A DNA stretch of 63,983 bases, counting the filler, from Stramenopiles sp. TOSAG23-2 (lineage: Eukaryota), in the NCBI GenBank assembly GCA_900128395.1. It is 3 parts of 3 records of this genome, joined end to end, with 100 filler letters (N's around TTAATTAATTAA, not from the genome) between each part and the next. Parts side by side here need not be neighbours in the genome. Positions count along the whole stretch, not along the records: positions 21,760 to 43,401 come from LT649534.1; 2 more parts are not named here. The stretch is one strand, 5' to 3'. Position numbers and translations under genes: made by a program. The notes beneath the pieces are model-generated. The model was not told the DNA's origin, ran no database searches, and was given only the letters and a program-made list of their open reading frames with translations. This document shows, piece by piece, positions 23,590 to 36,300 of the stretch (positions are counted from its first letter, which is position 1; every line of letters begins with the position of its first letter).

Positions 23590-24110
23590 ATTGCTATTGT
23601 CTTTATCTATTTTATCATGTTTATTCCAAATTTGCTACATCTTTGGCAACTGCTTTTTGTGGTAAAGTTTTTTTTATACATACAGAACCTTCTGTCTCTG
23701 GCACTCTGGGTTCTGTGGGCGGACGGGCGGACTTATCTTTTTTTGCTTTTATGGGCCTGGGCTTATACTTATCTTCTATGAAGTAGTATTCTAAAATGGT
23801 ATTTGTAGGCTTTCCTGGCTTTCACGCCTTTCACACCTTTCCTGTGGCTTTCATATTTCCATCATATGATTATATGATATACTGTACCTGTATCAATTTA
23901 CTTGTGCAACTTACTTGTATCATCTGTGTTGCGCTATACCGACCAGACGACAGTACTTGTAATTTATTATAGGATTTATGATGAATAAAAAGTGTGTTTG
24001 TTTATTATTTATAATAGAAAGGATAGAAGTAGAAAACAAGAAGATACATAATTGATAACATAATATGTATATATACAGATATAGATATACACAAATATAT
24101 AAAGCCAATT

Positions 24111-25361
24111 ATGAAGAGTGATGGTAACAACAAAATATACGACGAGAAAGAAGATGTGGCTGTATATAAAGATATGTATGGATTTATACGTGATGAATCT
24201 TACATTAAAAAAGAACAAAATGAAAGACAACAAAAATTTTATTTTACATCAAAACGGGATCAATCATGGGTCAAATTTTTACAAAAAGTACCAATAAATA
24301 AAATACTTAAAAATAGAAAAGACAAGCAATTGAAGAAATTAGTATATCAAGGTATCCCAGTCGCATTTCGTGGGCCTATTTGGAGTGCACTATCAGGTGC
24401 GACTAAAATGAAAGAAAATTCAAAAAAGACATATGATATGTATTATAAAGATGCAACTGCGGACGAAGATGTTAATAATGATGATGATGCCAACAACAAC
24501 AAAAAAACGATAGAAAAGCATGAACAATCTAAAATAGATATTGAAAAGGATATTTTTCGTACATTTCCAGATCATTCCATGTTTGATATGAATGGAGAAG
24601 GTCCAAATCAATTACGTCGTATTTTACTTTCATATTCTAGATCAAATTCAAAAATTGGTTATTGCCAAGGTTTAAATTATTTAACTGCTACTTTTTTATT
24701 ATTTATGAGTGAGGAAGATTCTTTTTGGCTTTTAAATAGTATGTGTGAAAGTATTTTGCCATTGAATTACTATACACCAAAATTATTAGATTTGCATTTA
24801 GATGTACGGGTTTTATTAAGATTAGTACAAGCAAAATTACCAAAAGTTCAAATGATATTAGAAGAAAATCGAATTGATTTACGTTTAATTACTATGGAAT
24901 GGTTTTTATGTTCCTTTTTAAATACTTTGCCAATGGAAACAACTGCCCGTATATGGGATGTTATGTTATATGAAGGTTCATCTATTATAATTTTTCGTAT
25001 TGCATTAGGCATTTTTAAAATATTGGAGCCACAATTGGAAAAAATATATATTTCAAATGATAAAAATGAAGATAGTCATGATAATAATAATAATGTACTA
25101 AATGTTTCTCAATATATAAAAAATAGTGGTAAAATGCAATTTAATGTTGAAGAATTATTTAAAATTGCATTAAATGGCAAATGTAAAGTAACCGAAAAGG
25201 AAATAGAGAAGCTAAGAAAGACATGTCGTGTTGAATTGCAAAAAGAAATAGATGACATTGATAATCGAAGAAAAAAATATGAAGAATATATTAAAAACAA
25301 ATCATCGATAAACGAAGAGAATGAGAAGAAGAAGAAGAAGAATGAAGAAGATGGCAAATGA
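24111..25361 (+). CDS. TBC-domain Rab GTPase-activating protein
   Basis: D.YGF, GIP..FRG.IW..LSG, IEKDIFRTFP (Arg finger), GYCQGLNY (Gln finger), EEDSFW and RIWD. Confidence 0.93.
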   Translation: MKSDGNNKIYDEKEDVAVYKDMYGFIRDESYIKKEQNERQQKFYFTSKRDQSWVKFLQKVPINKILKNRKDKQLKKLVYQGIPVAFRGPIWSALSGATKMKENSKKTYDMYYKDATADEDVNNDDDANNNKKTIEKHEQSKIDIEKDIFRTFPDHSMFDMNGEGPNQLRRILLSYSRSNSKIGYCQGLNYLTATFLLFMSEEDSFWLLNSMCESILPLNYYTPKLLDLHLDVRVLLRLVQAKLPKVQMILEENRIDLRLITMEWFLCSFLNTLPMETTARIWDVMLYEGSSIIIFRIALGIFKILEPQLEKIYISNDKNEDSHDNNNNVLNVSQYIKNSGKMQFNVEELFKIALNGKCKVTEKEIEKLRKTCRVELQKEIDDIDNRRKKYEEYIKNKSSINEENEKKKKKNEEDGK

Positions 25362-25532
25362 TATGGTGATGGTGTTAATATAATAAAATAATATCATAAC
25401 AATGAGGAAATTTAGTGAGATTTGGTGTGTATGATCTGAGATATGAGAGAGAGAACCCTGCCTGCAAAAACAATTTTTGTGTTTTTTATAAAAAAAAATG
25501 TAAAATATGTGATTATATAATATATATATACA

Positions 25533-25907
25533 TTATTTACCACTCACAATTAATGAGGCTCTTCGTTTTTCATTCTCTAATTGTAATTTTAATTGATCCG
25601 CTTTCTCCCGTGCTAGTCTTCTAGCTTTTGCTGCAGCAGCTTTTTCCTCTTTTATTGTTTCTGGTGTTACAGCTTCTATTACAAAATGATTATCACAATG
25701 TGGACAATACTCATCTGGCTCCTCAAATTGCGTCATATCTTTTCTAAAACATTTTTTACATTTTTTGCACGCAAATACCATTTCAGTACCTAAACGTGTC
25801 ATATCTGGATAATCACCAACTTCTTCAAAGAAGCACAAAGGGCAATCATACCAATTACTATTATAATACCTAATACTCACTTGAGCATTTAACAAGTGTT
25901 TACACAT
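25533..25907 (-). CDS. Small CHY-type zinc-finger protein
   Basis: MCKH.LNAQVSIR, W.DC..C, EM.F.CKKCKK.FRKD and DEYCPHCDNH.VIEA.TP motifs. Confidence 0.8.
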   Translation of the reverse strand: MCKHLLNAQVSIRYYNSNWYDCPLCFFEEVGDYPDMTRLGTEMVFACKKCKKCFRKDMTQFEEPDEYCPHCDNHFVIEAVTPETIKEEKAAAAKARRLAREKADQLKLQLENEKRRASLIVSGK

Positions 25908-26731
25908 GGTTTATCGATATATATTTTAAATATTGTAACTTGTAATTTATATATATATAAAATACGTATATAATAAAATGAGATGTGTTATATGATACTA
26001 TATGAATTTCAACTACACATATACAAATATATTTATGTATTATGCAATAAGCGACACTATGTTATATAAGACAGTTGCTCCGTAAATAATATACAATGTA
26101 CAAATATCAATAAAACGATATTAATAAACTAAAATCACAATTATTTATTTATTTTTATATTACATTTTTTTTTTATAACGGTGATTAAATATAATAATAG
26201 AATACGTAAATCTATACTTAAAATTACCTATTATAATTTAGATTTGCGTAGTAATTAAATTGCAATTTTTTTTGAGCGACAGTTTTATTAATAGTATTAT
26301 ACCACCAGCTTTAGCTTTTAGAGAGGATCCGGGATCCATAATTACAGAGATGAGAAAAAGAACTCTCCTATTAAATTACAGGTAGCAGGTAGCTAACAGG
26401 TACACTAGTCTATACTTATTATAATACTATAATACTATTAATACTTAACTATAGAATATAGAGAAACCTACAACATAAACTACTACATTACAAACCTGCA
26501 AAAGACATTAAAAGACTATTATTATATACAACAAGAAGTGTGTAGGGAGTGATCATGACAATTCTAGATAAAAGCAATTCTTTTTTAGGAAGGAACTTGG
26601 CAAAATAACACTAAGAACATAATTACACGGATAGCATATAATTTTGTTTCTCTTTTACTCTAATCAATTAAAAGGGAATATATAGTATAATAGTAGTAGT
26701 AGTATATATTATAATTATCGTCGTAAAATAA

Positions 26732-29700
26732 ATGGCGGAAACGGCTGGTAAAACGAACGCGCTGGAGACGGAATGGTCACGACCAAATATGTCACTTTTT
26801 TTCGATGATACACTTGACATTGTTACTGATACTGATTCAAGTGATAGTGATGATGGAGAGCTGACAGATGATGCAATTGTCCGTATGGATACTAGCCATG
26901 ATTACTTTCAACTTGGAGGAAATTTTCCTGCTTCAAAGGATAAAGAAGAAAAAGATAGTAAAGAAAATAAAATAAAAAATAGTGATGTTGACTCGAATAT
27001 CAAAGATGATGAAAATAACAAGACTGAGAAAAGCCCTGATGGTCGATTAATTCCAGTCAATCAAAGGAAAAGCTCAATTGCAAATAGGCTTGGTTTATTT
27101 ACTAGTCGCTACGGAAGGCCGCCTACAAGCGAGGAAACGGTACAACTTTTAGAAGGCACGTTACACATGGATGAATCAGAAGAAGAAGAAGCTGCTAGAC
27201 TTATGAAGGAAAAAGAGAAAAGGGATCAAAAATTAAAAGACAAAGAAACTTCAGAATTGCAATTGCATTTAGAGGCTGTTAAACAAAAGGCAATAGACCG
27301 TCATCGAGAAAATGCATTTGATGGGGATCATGAAAAACATGAGGAACACATGCAAAAGGCAGAGGAAGACGTAGAAGTTGCAAAAAAAAGAAAGGAACAA
27401 GAAAGGTTAAAAAAACAGCAAGAGCTTTTAAAAAAAAATAATCCCAGCAAAGAAGACGATGGAAAAGAAGAAGAGAAAAATGAAACAAAAGAAAGTACTA
27501 TAAGTATACAAATAAATAGAAAAATTATTATAGATAATAAAAATAGTAATGATGAGAAAAATGTTACACAGGATGATAATGATAATAGTAATAATAATAG
27601 TAATGAAAATAGTAATGAAAATAACAATGAGAAAAAAGTCCAGAAGAATGATGTACAAACCGATATGGATGAAAATGTTACACAGGATGATAATGATAAT
27701 AGTAATAATAATAGTAATAAAAATAGTAATGAAAATAGCAATGAGAAAAAAGTCCAGAAGAATGATGTACAAACCGATATAGATAATAATAATAAAAACG
27801 TAGAAGAAGAAAAAGTAATGACGAAGAAAAATAGTTTGATTTCACCAGAAAGGCTGTTGCAGAGTAAGTGGAATTTTGCAAAACGAAGTCGAAAAAAGGC
27901 AGAACGAGCCAAACTGAAGAAGAAAAGAGTGGAGGAGGAAAGGAAAAAAGCTAATTTAAAGAAACTTGAAGATGATAGAAAAAAACGATTAATTGAACAA
28001 CGTAAACTTGAGGAAGAAAAGCAAAGAAAAGCTGCGGAAGAAAGAAAACAATTGGAAATCGAAAATAAAAAAGCTGAAGAGGAAAAACGAAGGATCGAAG
28101 AAGAGCTACGGGTTGCAAAAGAGAAAAGAAAAAAACTAGAACAGGAAAATAAGCGAATCGCAGAGGAAAATAAGCAAAAGAAGGAGGAAGCGGAAAGGCT
28201 TAGGCAAGAAAAGCTTAAAGAAGAAGCATTAAGGGCGGAGATAAATAAAGATACAGAAGAAGAATTGCGGCACGATTATACATTGAATAAATTAAACACA
28301 CCATTAAAACAATCTGTTGTCGAGGCAACTGCAGATTCTAAAAATAGTTTAAATAATGATATTACTGATCCAATGTTTGAAGCAGGTTCAATTGTGCCTC
28401 AACGTCCAAAGGGAATCAAAAATAGTAGGGTACGGCCGCAATCTGCTCAAAATATTAGGAATACTAGGATGAGTCGGCGTAGAAAGGCAACATTAAATAA
28501 TGAGACAGTTGCATCCTCAAATGTAAATCAAAATGCAGGAAAAATCAAGAGAGGTCACTCAAATAGAAAACGCCCGTCTAGTGCATCCATAAATAGAAAA
28601 CGTCCATCTAGTGCATCGAAAGTAAATAAGAAGCGTTCATCTAGTGCATCAACACCACAATCAAATATACATGGTCGACCAGAATTACCGGCAAGAATTA
28701 ACTTAAATCAACGACCATCAACAAGTGATGGAACAAATAGAAGAAATAAAAGGCAATCATACTCAAAATCTGTTTTAGATAGTAGAAGAAGTAGAAACTC
28801 TAGTCCAGGTTTTAGGCGTAAATTGTCGCCAAGGCAACAAAAGAAAAAATTGAAGAGGAAACAGTTGTTACGGACAAAAACACTGGAGAAGAATTGGGTA
28901 GATCCTATCTCAAGCTCTCCGCTGCCAGTCCTTGCTTCTCCACCACCCAACGGATACGGAAATTTGCCTCGTCGCCCCCAGTCTGCCCGAAGGTTTAAAA
29001 GATCGCAAACGTCACCTCGAAGAGGTGGTGCCGTATTCAAAAGTAACGATCGAAACGTTACTATCGATTGGCGTCAATTTGATAACAACAAAGTTGGTAA
29101 TCGTCGTAAAGGAGGTAGCAAAATCTATTCGCAATTGCAATCAGGAGGGGATCATCGGGGTTCTACCTTAATAGAAGTATTTCCTCATCATCCAACAGTT
29201 GAGAAATGTCGTTCGTCTCTACTATCAGCAGTCGAGACGTGGGGACGCAAGTCAAACCAAGTCGATAGGGCCGCTCGAGCGCTGTGCAAAGCATACAATG
29301 CATCCGTTATGCAATATTTGGCTTCGAGGGTTGCAAAATCAAAGATTTTAGATAAAGAAAAAAAAGGTCGAAACAACAGGAACACAGCTGCGGTGTCATC
29401 TGCAAGTAATATGATGGATGAAAACATAACTAATGACATGTTAAGTCGTGCGTTAAGATTGAGTGAGACAAAAGGATTTTTGTGTTCATCGGAAAAAGCA
29501 CGAATTCGATTCCGCTCTACTACATTAAACAACATTGCATGCTTTCACAGTGCATGTGGCAGGCCTAGAATGGCAATTCGTGCCTTGTGGGAAGCTCGTC
29601 TATTAAGCTGGGATGAACAGCAGGATCGCAAAATTACAAAAGACACACTTGATGGACCCGAAATTAGAACAATGCTAAACATGAGTTCTATATACAATAG

Positions 29701-30100
29701 GATAGGCGAATACGGGAAATCATTAAAGGTTTTGGTAAAAGTTTGTAATTCTCTTCGAAAAACTGCTAATGGTAGTGGAATTAATGAAAATTCTTCCGGC
29801 AGCGATATGCTTCCAACCAACCAACTGGAATTACTACCAATTGCTTTGTACTCAAAAGGTTGTACGCATGAACATTTACAACAATGGCATAAAGCTACAA
29901 GGTGTTTCAGTGAGGGATTGGACCATGCAACTCGACTTTTAGGAACAGATCATTCTCTCGTACATCAATTGGCGGTTGCTTACGATGAGGCGAAGAAAGA
30001 AATGGGATTAATGCAGAGTAAACGAGAGCAGAGACGTAGGAGGATGGGTAAAAGGTACAGCAAAAAAACCGTCGGCAAAAGTTTAAGTCATAATATATGA
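26732..30100 (+). CDS. Low-complexity/coiled-coil protein with C-terminal TPR-like repeats
   Basis: E/K-rich coiled coil and RPxSA repeats, then TLNNIACFH..G, TMLNMSSIY..G.Y and ALYSKG..HEHL..W..A...LG.DH helical repeats. Confidence 0.75.
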   Translation: MAETAGKTNALETEWSRPNMSLFFDDTLDIVTDTDSSDSDDGELTDDAIVRMDTSHDYFQLGGNFPASKDKEEKDSKENKIKNSDVDSNIKDDENNKTEKSPDGRLIPVNQRKSSIANRLGLFTSRYGRPPTSEETVQLLEGTLHMDESEEEEAARLMKEKEKRDQKLKDKETSELQLHLEAVKQKAIDRHRENAFDGDHEKHEEHMQKAEEDVEVAKKRKEQERLKKQQELLKKNNPSKEDDGKEEEKNETKESTISIQINRKIIIDNKNSNDEKNVTQDDNDNSNNNSNENSNENNNEKKVQKNDVQTDMDENVTQDDNDNSNNNSNKNSNENSNEKKVQKNDVQTDIDNNNKNVEEEKVMTKKNSLISPERLLQSKWNFAKRSRKKAERAKLKKKRVEEERKKANLKKLEDDRKKRLIEQRKLEEEKQRKAAEERKQLEIENKKAEEEKRRIEEELRVAKEKRKKLEQENKRIAEENKQKKEEAERLRQEKLKEEALRAEINKDTEEELRHDYTLNKLNTPLKQSVVEATADSKNSLNNDITDPMFEAGSIVPQRPKGIKNSRVRPQSAQNIRNTRMSRRRKATLNNETVASSNVNQNAGKIKRGHSNRKRPSSASINRKRPSSASKVNKKRSSSASTPQSNIHGRPELPARINLNQRPSTSDGTNRRNKRQSYSKSVLDSRRSRNSSPGFRRKLSPRQQKKKLKRKQLLRTKTLEKNWVDPISSSPLPVLASPPPNGYGNLPRRPQSARRFKRSQTSPRRGGAVFKSNDRNVTIDWRQFDNNKVGNRRKGGSKIYSQLQSGGDHRGSTLIEVFPHHPTVEKCRSSLLSAVETWGRKSNQVDRAARALCKAYNASVMQYLASRVAKSKILDKEKKGRNNRNTAAVSSASNMMDENITNDMLSRALRLSETKGFLCSSEKARIRFRSTTLNNIACFHSACGRPRMAIRALWEARLLSWDEQQDRKITKDTLDGPEIRTMLNMSSIYNRIGEYGKSLKVLVKVCNSLRKTANGSGINENSSGSDMLPTNQLELLPIALYSKGCTHEHLQQWHKATRCFSEGLDHATRLLGTDHSLVHQLAVAYDEAKKEMGLMQSKREQRRRRMGKRYSKKTVGKSLSHNI
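27558..27780 (+). repeat. In-frame tandem duplication (period 114 nt, 38 aa)
   Basis: NVTQDDNDNSNNNS...EKKVQKNDVQTD encoded twice (27558-27666, 27672-27780) with a few substitutions. Confidence 0.85.
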
Positions 30101-30350
30101 AAGCTCTTCGTATGATATGATATTCATGATACGAACTCTCAGGCGGGAAGTACTCGTATAATAAAAATATGCTAATATAAAAAATTCTCTTATTTATAAT
30201 ATAATTTAAAAGATTTTATTTATACTCATAAATATATATATAATATGTATTCGTATATATATATATGTAAACACTAAAAACAATGAATACTTATAATAAT
30301 ATGTCAAAAGTAATTTCATATATATTATATTATGCATACTTTTTTTATTT

Positions 30351-33300
30351 TTAACTTAATTTAGATTTTTTAATTGGGGCTTTGTTATCACCATCCGTTT
30401 TATCATTACTATTAATATTACCACCGCTATTTGCTGAACTGTTACTATCGTCTGTTTCCATGGCATTTGCAGTATTTGCATTGTTATTAGTTAGCCCACT
30501 AATTTTTATACATGTTGCTAAATGTTTTTTCAAATATGCTGCCTGATATGTTTTTGAGCAATTTGGGCACTTTTTTCTCTTGCCCTTAAATGGCTTAGGT
30601 CCCGGCTTGCGCTTAGGTCCCGGCTTGCGCCTAGGGCCTGACTTTCGCTTGGTACCAGACTTTTCGTTGGGTGGTGCGTAAGGCAAATATATATTACCAC
30701 TTACAGATATCTTTATTGCCAGTTCCTTTTTTGATTTCTTACTGTCATTAACGATAGATTTTAGCATCTCGTTCAAAATTCGCTTCACAACCGGCTTTGG
30801 GTTCTTTTGGCGTTCCATTTTTTGTTCCCATTTTTTCCACGCGTCGATTAGTTGCTTTTTCTTAGTAGCTGCCATTTTTAGATAGGCGTTCTTAGCATCT
30901 TTTGGCAAGCTATTATCCCAAATTAGCTTTGCCATGTTTTTTTCTAATTTAATACCACCTACTGCCATCGTTCCCCTTTGTTTCGCAAAAAAGTAGTCAA
31001 ATCCCGTATATGTGTCAACGTTTTTCCGTGGTTTTTCGCCTTTTGGGCAGGGATTAATACAATTTATATGACCCCCCTGACCCAAATAAAGCACGTAAAG
31101 ATTTCCCCAAATTTTCATTTGTACCATTTCAGTTTTCAGCCATGGTTCTTTCGCTGGATCACTCAATTTGTTGTAATCATTTTTAAGCTTTTTCTCCAAA
31201 TGCCTCCTCGTTTTCCCAGGATTATGGGCTTCAGCTTGTTTGATTTGTGCCTGTACATACAGTTCTCGTGCAGTTGGTGGATTAGGCTTTAAATGCGCAA
31301 ACGGGTCAAATGTTTCCTTTTCAACCACTTCTTCGTGTTTGCCTTTTTTTGATCTACCTCGACCTCGGTTCGTGCCTCGCCTCTTGTTTCTTTTTCTGCG
31401 CTTGGCCTCCTCCTCCTCTATTTTCTCCACCTTGTCAAGAATTGAAAAAACTACGCGAGTTACATCTGCTAGCACAAGATCATCCCAACTTCGATTTGGT
31501 TCAGTTGCTCCGTTTGCAACCCGTTCTTCCCAGTCGGGGGCAACCTTCGTATACGTGAAATGCGGGGCTATATACTGGCTAATATTTGGGCTTGCACTAC
31601 AAATATAACAATCGTGCTTTGGATCTAGTAATAAGTAATGTATTTTTATTCGTCGGAGATGATTAATTTCCAATTTGGGCGATAGCTTACCAGATTCAAG
31701 CCGCGTACGTTTTGGCAGCAATGTTGGAGTCGTATCTATTTGTCCATTCTGAATTTCACCAGGTTCAAGGATATTTGTTACTTCTACTTCCATCCAAGCA
31801 CCTTTCATAGTGACAGCATCAAAAAAATCACCAACTTTCAATATATTAAGGTCTAACTCAGCTACCTCGTAATTATACGCAGCTTTCTTTTCACTAGCAG
31901 ATGTGGATTCCTCAGGAACATCACATCGTGAATGTTTTGGGTCGTATGGCTTCATATGGCAACAATAAAATTTGTCGGGTAACATGCTTACCGTAATATG
32001 TGGAGGAACTTTCCTCCACTTTTGGCAAGTCGTGATCTCACACTGAACCCATTCTACATCTGGCATTTCAGGTGGGTCGGGAATTTCGTCTTCTTCCTCC
32101 TCATCATCGCTACTGCTACTGCTACTGCTACTGCTACTGCTATCGTTCTCATTCCATTCCTCGGGGTTTCGTATATTGGATTCTTTCAATGTTTGAATTA
32201 ATTCCCCAATAACTTTATCCCCAACTTTCGAAAAGTCTTCTGAATTATCCGTAACTATTTCCTGTTTTAGATTTTCATTTATCATAGTATCTAGTATAGG
32301 ACTACCAAACAGTCGTGTAGGCGGTGGTGGCGGTGGCCATTCTGTCGACTTTTTAGGATTTACGTAAGGAAATGCACGTCGAACTTCATGTGGCCATGGG
32401 CGCAATCGCCTCTCTGGGTCGCTTAAATGTGCAATTAATAATTCACGGGCACCGTTCTCTAAATGATAATGCTTCCTTTGCGGCTTTAGTCTTTTTGCTT
32501 TTTTTGATCTTCCCCGCTTTTTTTTCGGTTTTTTTGATGGATTCAGAAAGCTAAGGTCGGTACTATTTGTACTCGTCATCATCGTTGGAGAACCCTTGGT
32601 AGATTCATGAAGCATTGGTTTGTACATGATTGCTTTTGAGCCATTTGCCAGAGACCAATTGAGTTCCAATACATTAACACCATCCATACGCGGCAATAAT
32701 AATTTAGCTTTACCCATCGTGGTATTTATTTGGTACTCTTCCTCACTGATCAGATTGTCGTTCGTAGTTTCCTCTTCAATTGCTTCTTTATCCATCTTGT
32801 CTTCATCCACCACCAGTTTGCTTGTGCCACGCTTTACAAATGCACTATCAATATCAGGTAAAACTATTGAACCACATAATTGCGGCTTTGGCATGGCCTG
32901 GTCTAACCAACCTAACAAAACCTCAGAAACCGACGTCTTCTCTGTAGCTGCATTTGCAATTGATTCATCCGTTTTTAAATCACCTCCGTCCATTTCGTCG
33001 TCAATATCATCTAGGAGAGAGTACTGAGAAACATACAAACGATCTAGCCATGGCTCATTTGGAACGAAAAATACACGAGTATGCTCATACATTGCCAAAA
33101 GATCAACAGCTCTGATAAGATTTTCCTCAAATTGTCCATCATTATCCTCTTCGATTTCAGGCAACTCCATCAAGAATTGTCGAAAATTTTTCAATTTGCT
33201 CCGGAGACTTTCCATGTCACTTGGATCGTTTGATTTGAGCAATTGTCTAATCCCACCAATACCTTTTGGTACAGGCCCATCTATGAAGTTTTCAGGAACC

Positions 33301-36300
33301 TTCAACAAATCGAAATCCTTCGCTGGGTTTTCTATTTTATCCTTGGCTTCCTTCAGCAAAGCTGGAATATTCCACGTTGTTTCGCGTGTCTGGAAATTCC
33401 AATAATACGGAAATCCATTGTTATTAAACGCTTTATACCACACTTGAATTTTCGAAATGTATGAATTTTCAATATTGAATGTTGTTGCAATTCGCTTTAT
33501 GATGGATTTTTCTCCGCTCCAAATAATCTCAATCGCTTCAGATTCCCCCACACGCCTTATTGGGGCTGGTAAATTCATAGTTTCCTTCTGATCAATTAGA
33601 TCAGTATTTTTGTTGCTATCCTTTTTCCTTATTCGCCTAATCTTTGAGAATGGTACGATGGCATTTGGGTTGCCTTCATCATGAAAAAATTCCACATTAC
33701 ACGTATTATCTTCGTAAACATGTAATACTTTTACTTTATACCAATCTGGATATAGTTCATTCGCATCTACCCCAGGCCATCTAGATTCTACAATATCACC
33801 GACCCAATAATCTTCATTGATACTCATTTGATCAATTCGGCTTCGAAGTTTGTGCTCGACCTTATTCAAAGTAATTACCAAATTTGTCAATCGCTGCTCC
33901 AAAACTCCTTGGGCCTGTACCTCATCCCACGGTTGCTTATCAACTTGCGGTCCATCTTTATCAGTTGTACTTGGCTTAATATTGTGTTCATCTTGTGTGC
34001 TCTTATTGATAACTATTCCATTCTTTGCTATTAGTTCTTTCTTCGGCTCATCCTTAGCCGTATTTTCATTAGAGTTTGATGATTTTTTTCTACCCCGTTT
34101 AAGCTTTTTCTTTTTCTTCTTCCCTGCTGTGCAACGCGGGCAATACCAATGTCCTTCAGGAACTTTTGTCAGTTTCGGAGTTAAGCAATACATATGATAC
34201 TCTTTGTCGCATTCATCACATATTAACATTTTATCATGGTTTACATCTTTTCTGCAAACAACACAACCTTTACTATTTTGGAAGGTTGGCCAAGGCAAAT
34301 ATTCAATTCTTTCATTTGCAAGTAACAATTTCTCAGCCTCTCCATCGCGATATCGTACCGTATGTTTTTGCGTCTCTGCATCATATTTTTCAACATATCC
34401 ATCATACCATGTTTGATCTGTTGGCCAATAAAGCTTCACGGGACGTCCTACAAGCTCTTCTCCGACTTCAATTTCCTGATTCAGTTTTTTTGCATGCTGC
34501 TCTTGATTTAACGCCATGGAACTCCCACTAACAGCTTCCTCAACGGCGGCCCTTGCCGCGGCTTCCTGTGCTGCTGCTACGTTGACTCCATGTTTCTTTG
34601 CATTTTCCATCAATTGTGTCTTTCTCTTCATAATTTGTTTTCTTAGATGCTGAGGTAATTTCTTTCTTTCAAATTCAGCAAAACGTATGCAAATTGAGGC
34701 ATAGCGAACCATCCATGATGGAAAACCACCTAACGAATTTTTACCCAGCCCATGCCTAACAATTCGATTTAAATGTTTTTGTTCTATCGGTACATTGACA
34801 TATTCACTTGCATTCTGCTTTTTGCTATTTTCGGTATCATCATATTCATCTGATGCTGCCTCGACGATCATTGCCATCCGATGCAAAGTTGTATGATGTC
34901 TATCCAAAACACCTCGATAAGCCTTATCTGCGGTACAATACAAAAAGGCGCCACGACATCTTGGAAAACCGCATAGGCATACAGCAGCTTTAAATTCTTC
35001 TAGTGAATCTGTAACACAATTGTAATCTTGGGTTAATTCTTCACCTGGCATGATATCACGTAACGCACGCAAAGCTATGGTATATCGACCATTGACAACA
35101 GCAACAGATGATGCTAAATTTGGGGTACAACTGTGACTTGTACGACTACAAAAATTTCCTTTACGCGAGGCATCTACATATAGAATATCGTAACCACCTT
35201 TACAAATTGGATTACGGGGAAGTTCTAAACGTATATTCCAAAATTCAGGAAGAATAATTTTCCCACCATTTTCTTTCATTTTTTGTCTACGTTTTTCCTC
35301 TGCTTCTGCCTCTTTTCGCTCCCAGAGCCATGGTGGGTAAAGTTCACCTACATAGGAATTCACGTAAGTGCCACGTTTGATCCCTTCTTTTAAGTTTGGA
35401 TGAACAATTACTCCATTTCCTTTTGGGTGCACCATAAAATAATGACGTCCCCCCCATTCTCTATATGCTTCATATAGTGCCTTTACTGCCGTCAAAATTT
35501 TAACATTTGAAATATCCTTCACACCGAAAACTTTTTTTCGCTTACTGCGAACACTTATATATTTCTTACTTTTCGTTATGGAAGACGAACCCTTCTGCAT
35601 TTCTGTCTCCTTCTTGCATATCGTCTCATATTTTCCTCTTAATCCACGCAATGCGTGTCTGATGTCATATGATATATCATCCTCTTGAGCATTTAATGCA
35701 GGTAACAAAATGCGGGTGACGAATAATGGGCGTTCCTCTTTTGTCAGTCTTCTTTCTCTCGGATCTACTTCACGCAAGACTATATCTATGTTTTTCCGCG
35801 TAAAGGAATCAATCCCCCATACATTTGTTTCCATAACGTGCGATTCGTGTTTCATTGGCTCCCAGGTTTCATCTTTTGATACACCTTCCCATAAAACTTC
35901 TGAGCCGGGAATTATATCCCCAGCAGGTAAAATCCAATACGAAGACTTTTTAGGATCGTTATCAGGAGATAAATTGTCTTTAAGAATACTGTTGTCTGTC
36001 TGAACATCCAGTTTCTTCATCAGCATTGCAGCTTCTTCTGCAGACACCTCATTGTTTGGTACATAATCTTCTAATGGTATATATGTTGTTTTCTCAAATG
36101 GCTTTTTGATCCAATTTTGCATTGCAGGTTCCCTATTTTCACGCTTCACTTGTGACATGAGTTCAATTACATACGCCACTCTTAACTCCTCGTCATCTCT
36201 TTCTTTTTGCTTGTCAATCACTTCTGTTCCAAACTTTTTCAATCTTTTTGCCTGCGTATATATATCACCAACTACTTTTTCTTGCTCCGGAAATACTGCC

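Noticed and set aside
27279-27912. Hydrophobic antisense ORFs (also 37282-37650, 4466-4816, 17627-18139 and similar)
   Set aside because: Shadow ORFs produced by the reverse complement of Asn/Lys/Glu-rich coding sequence.
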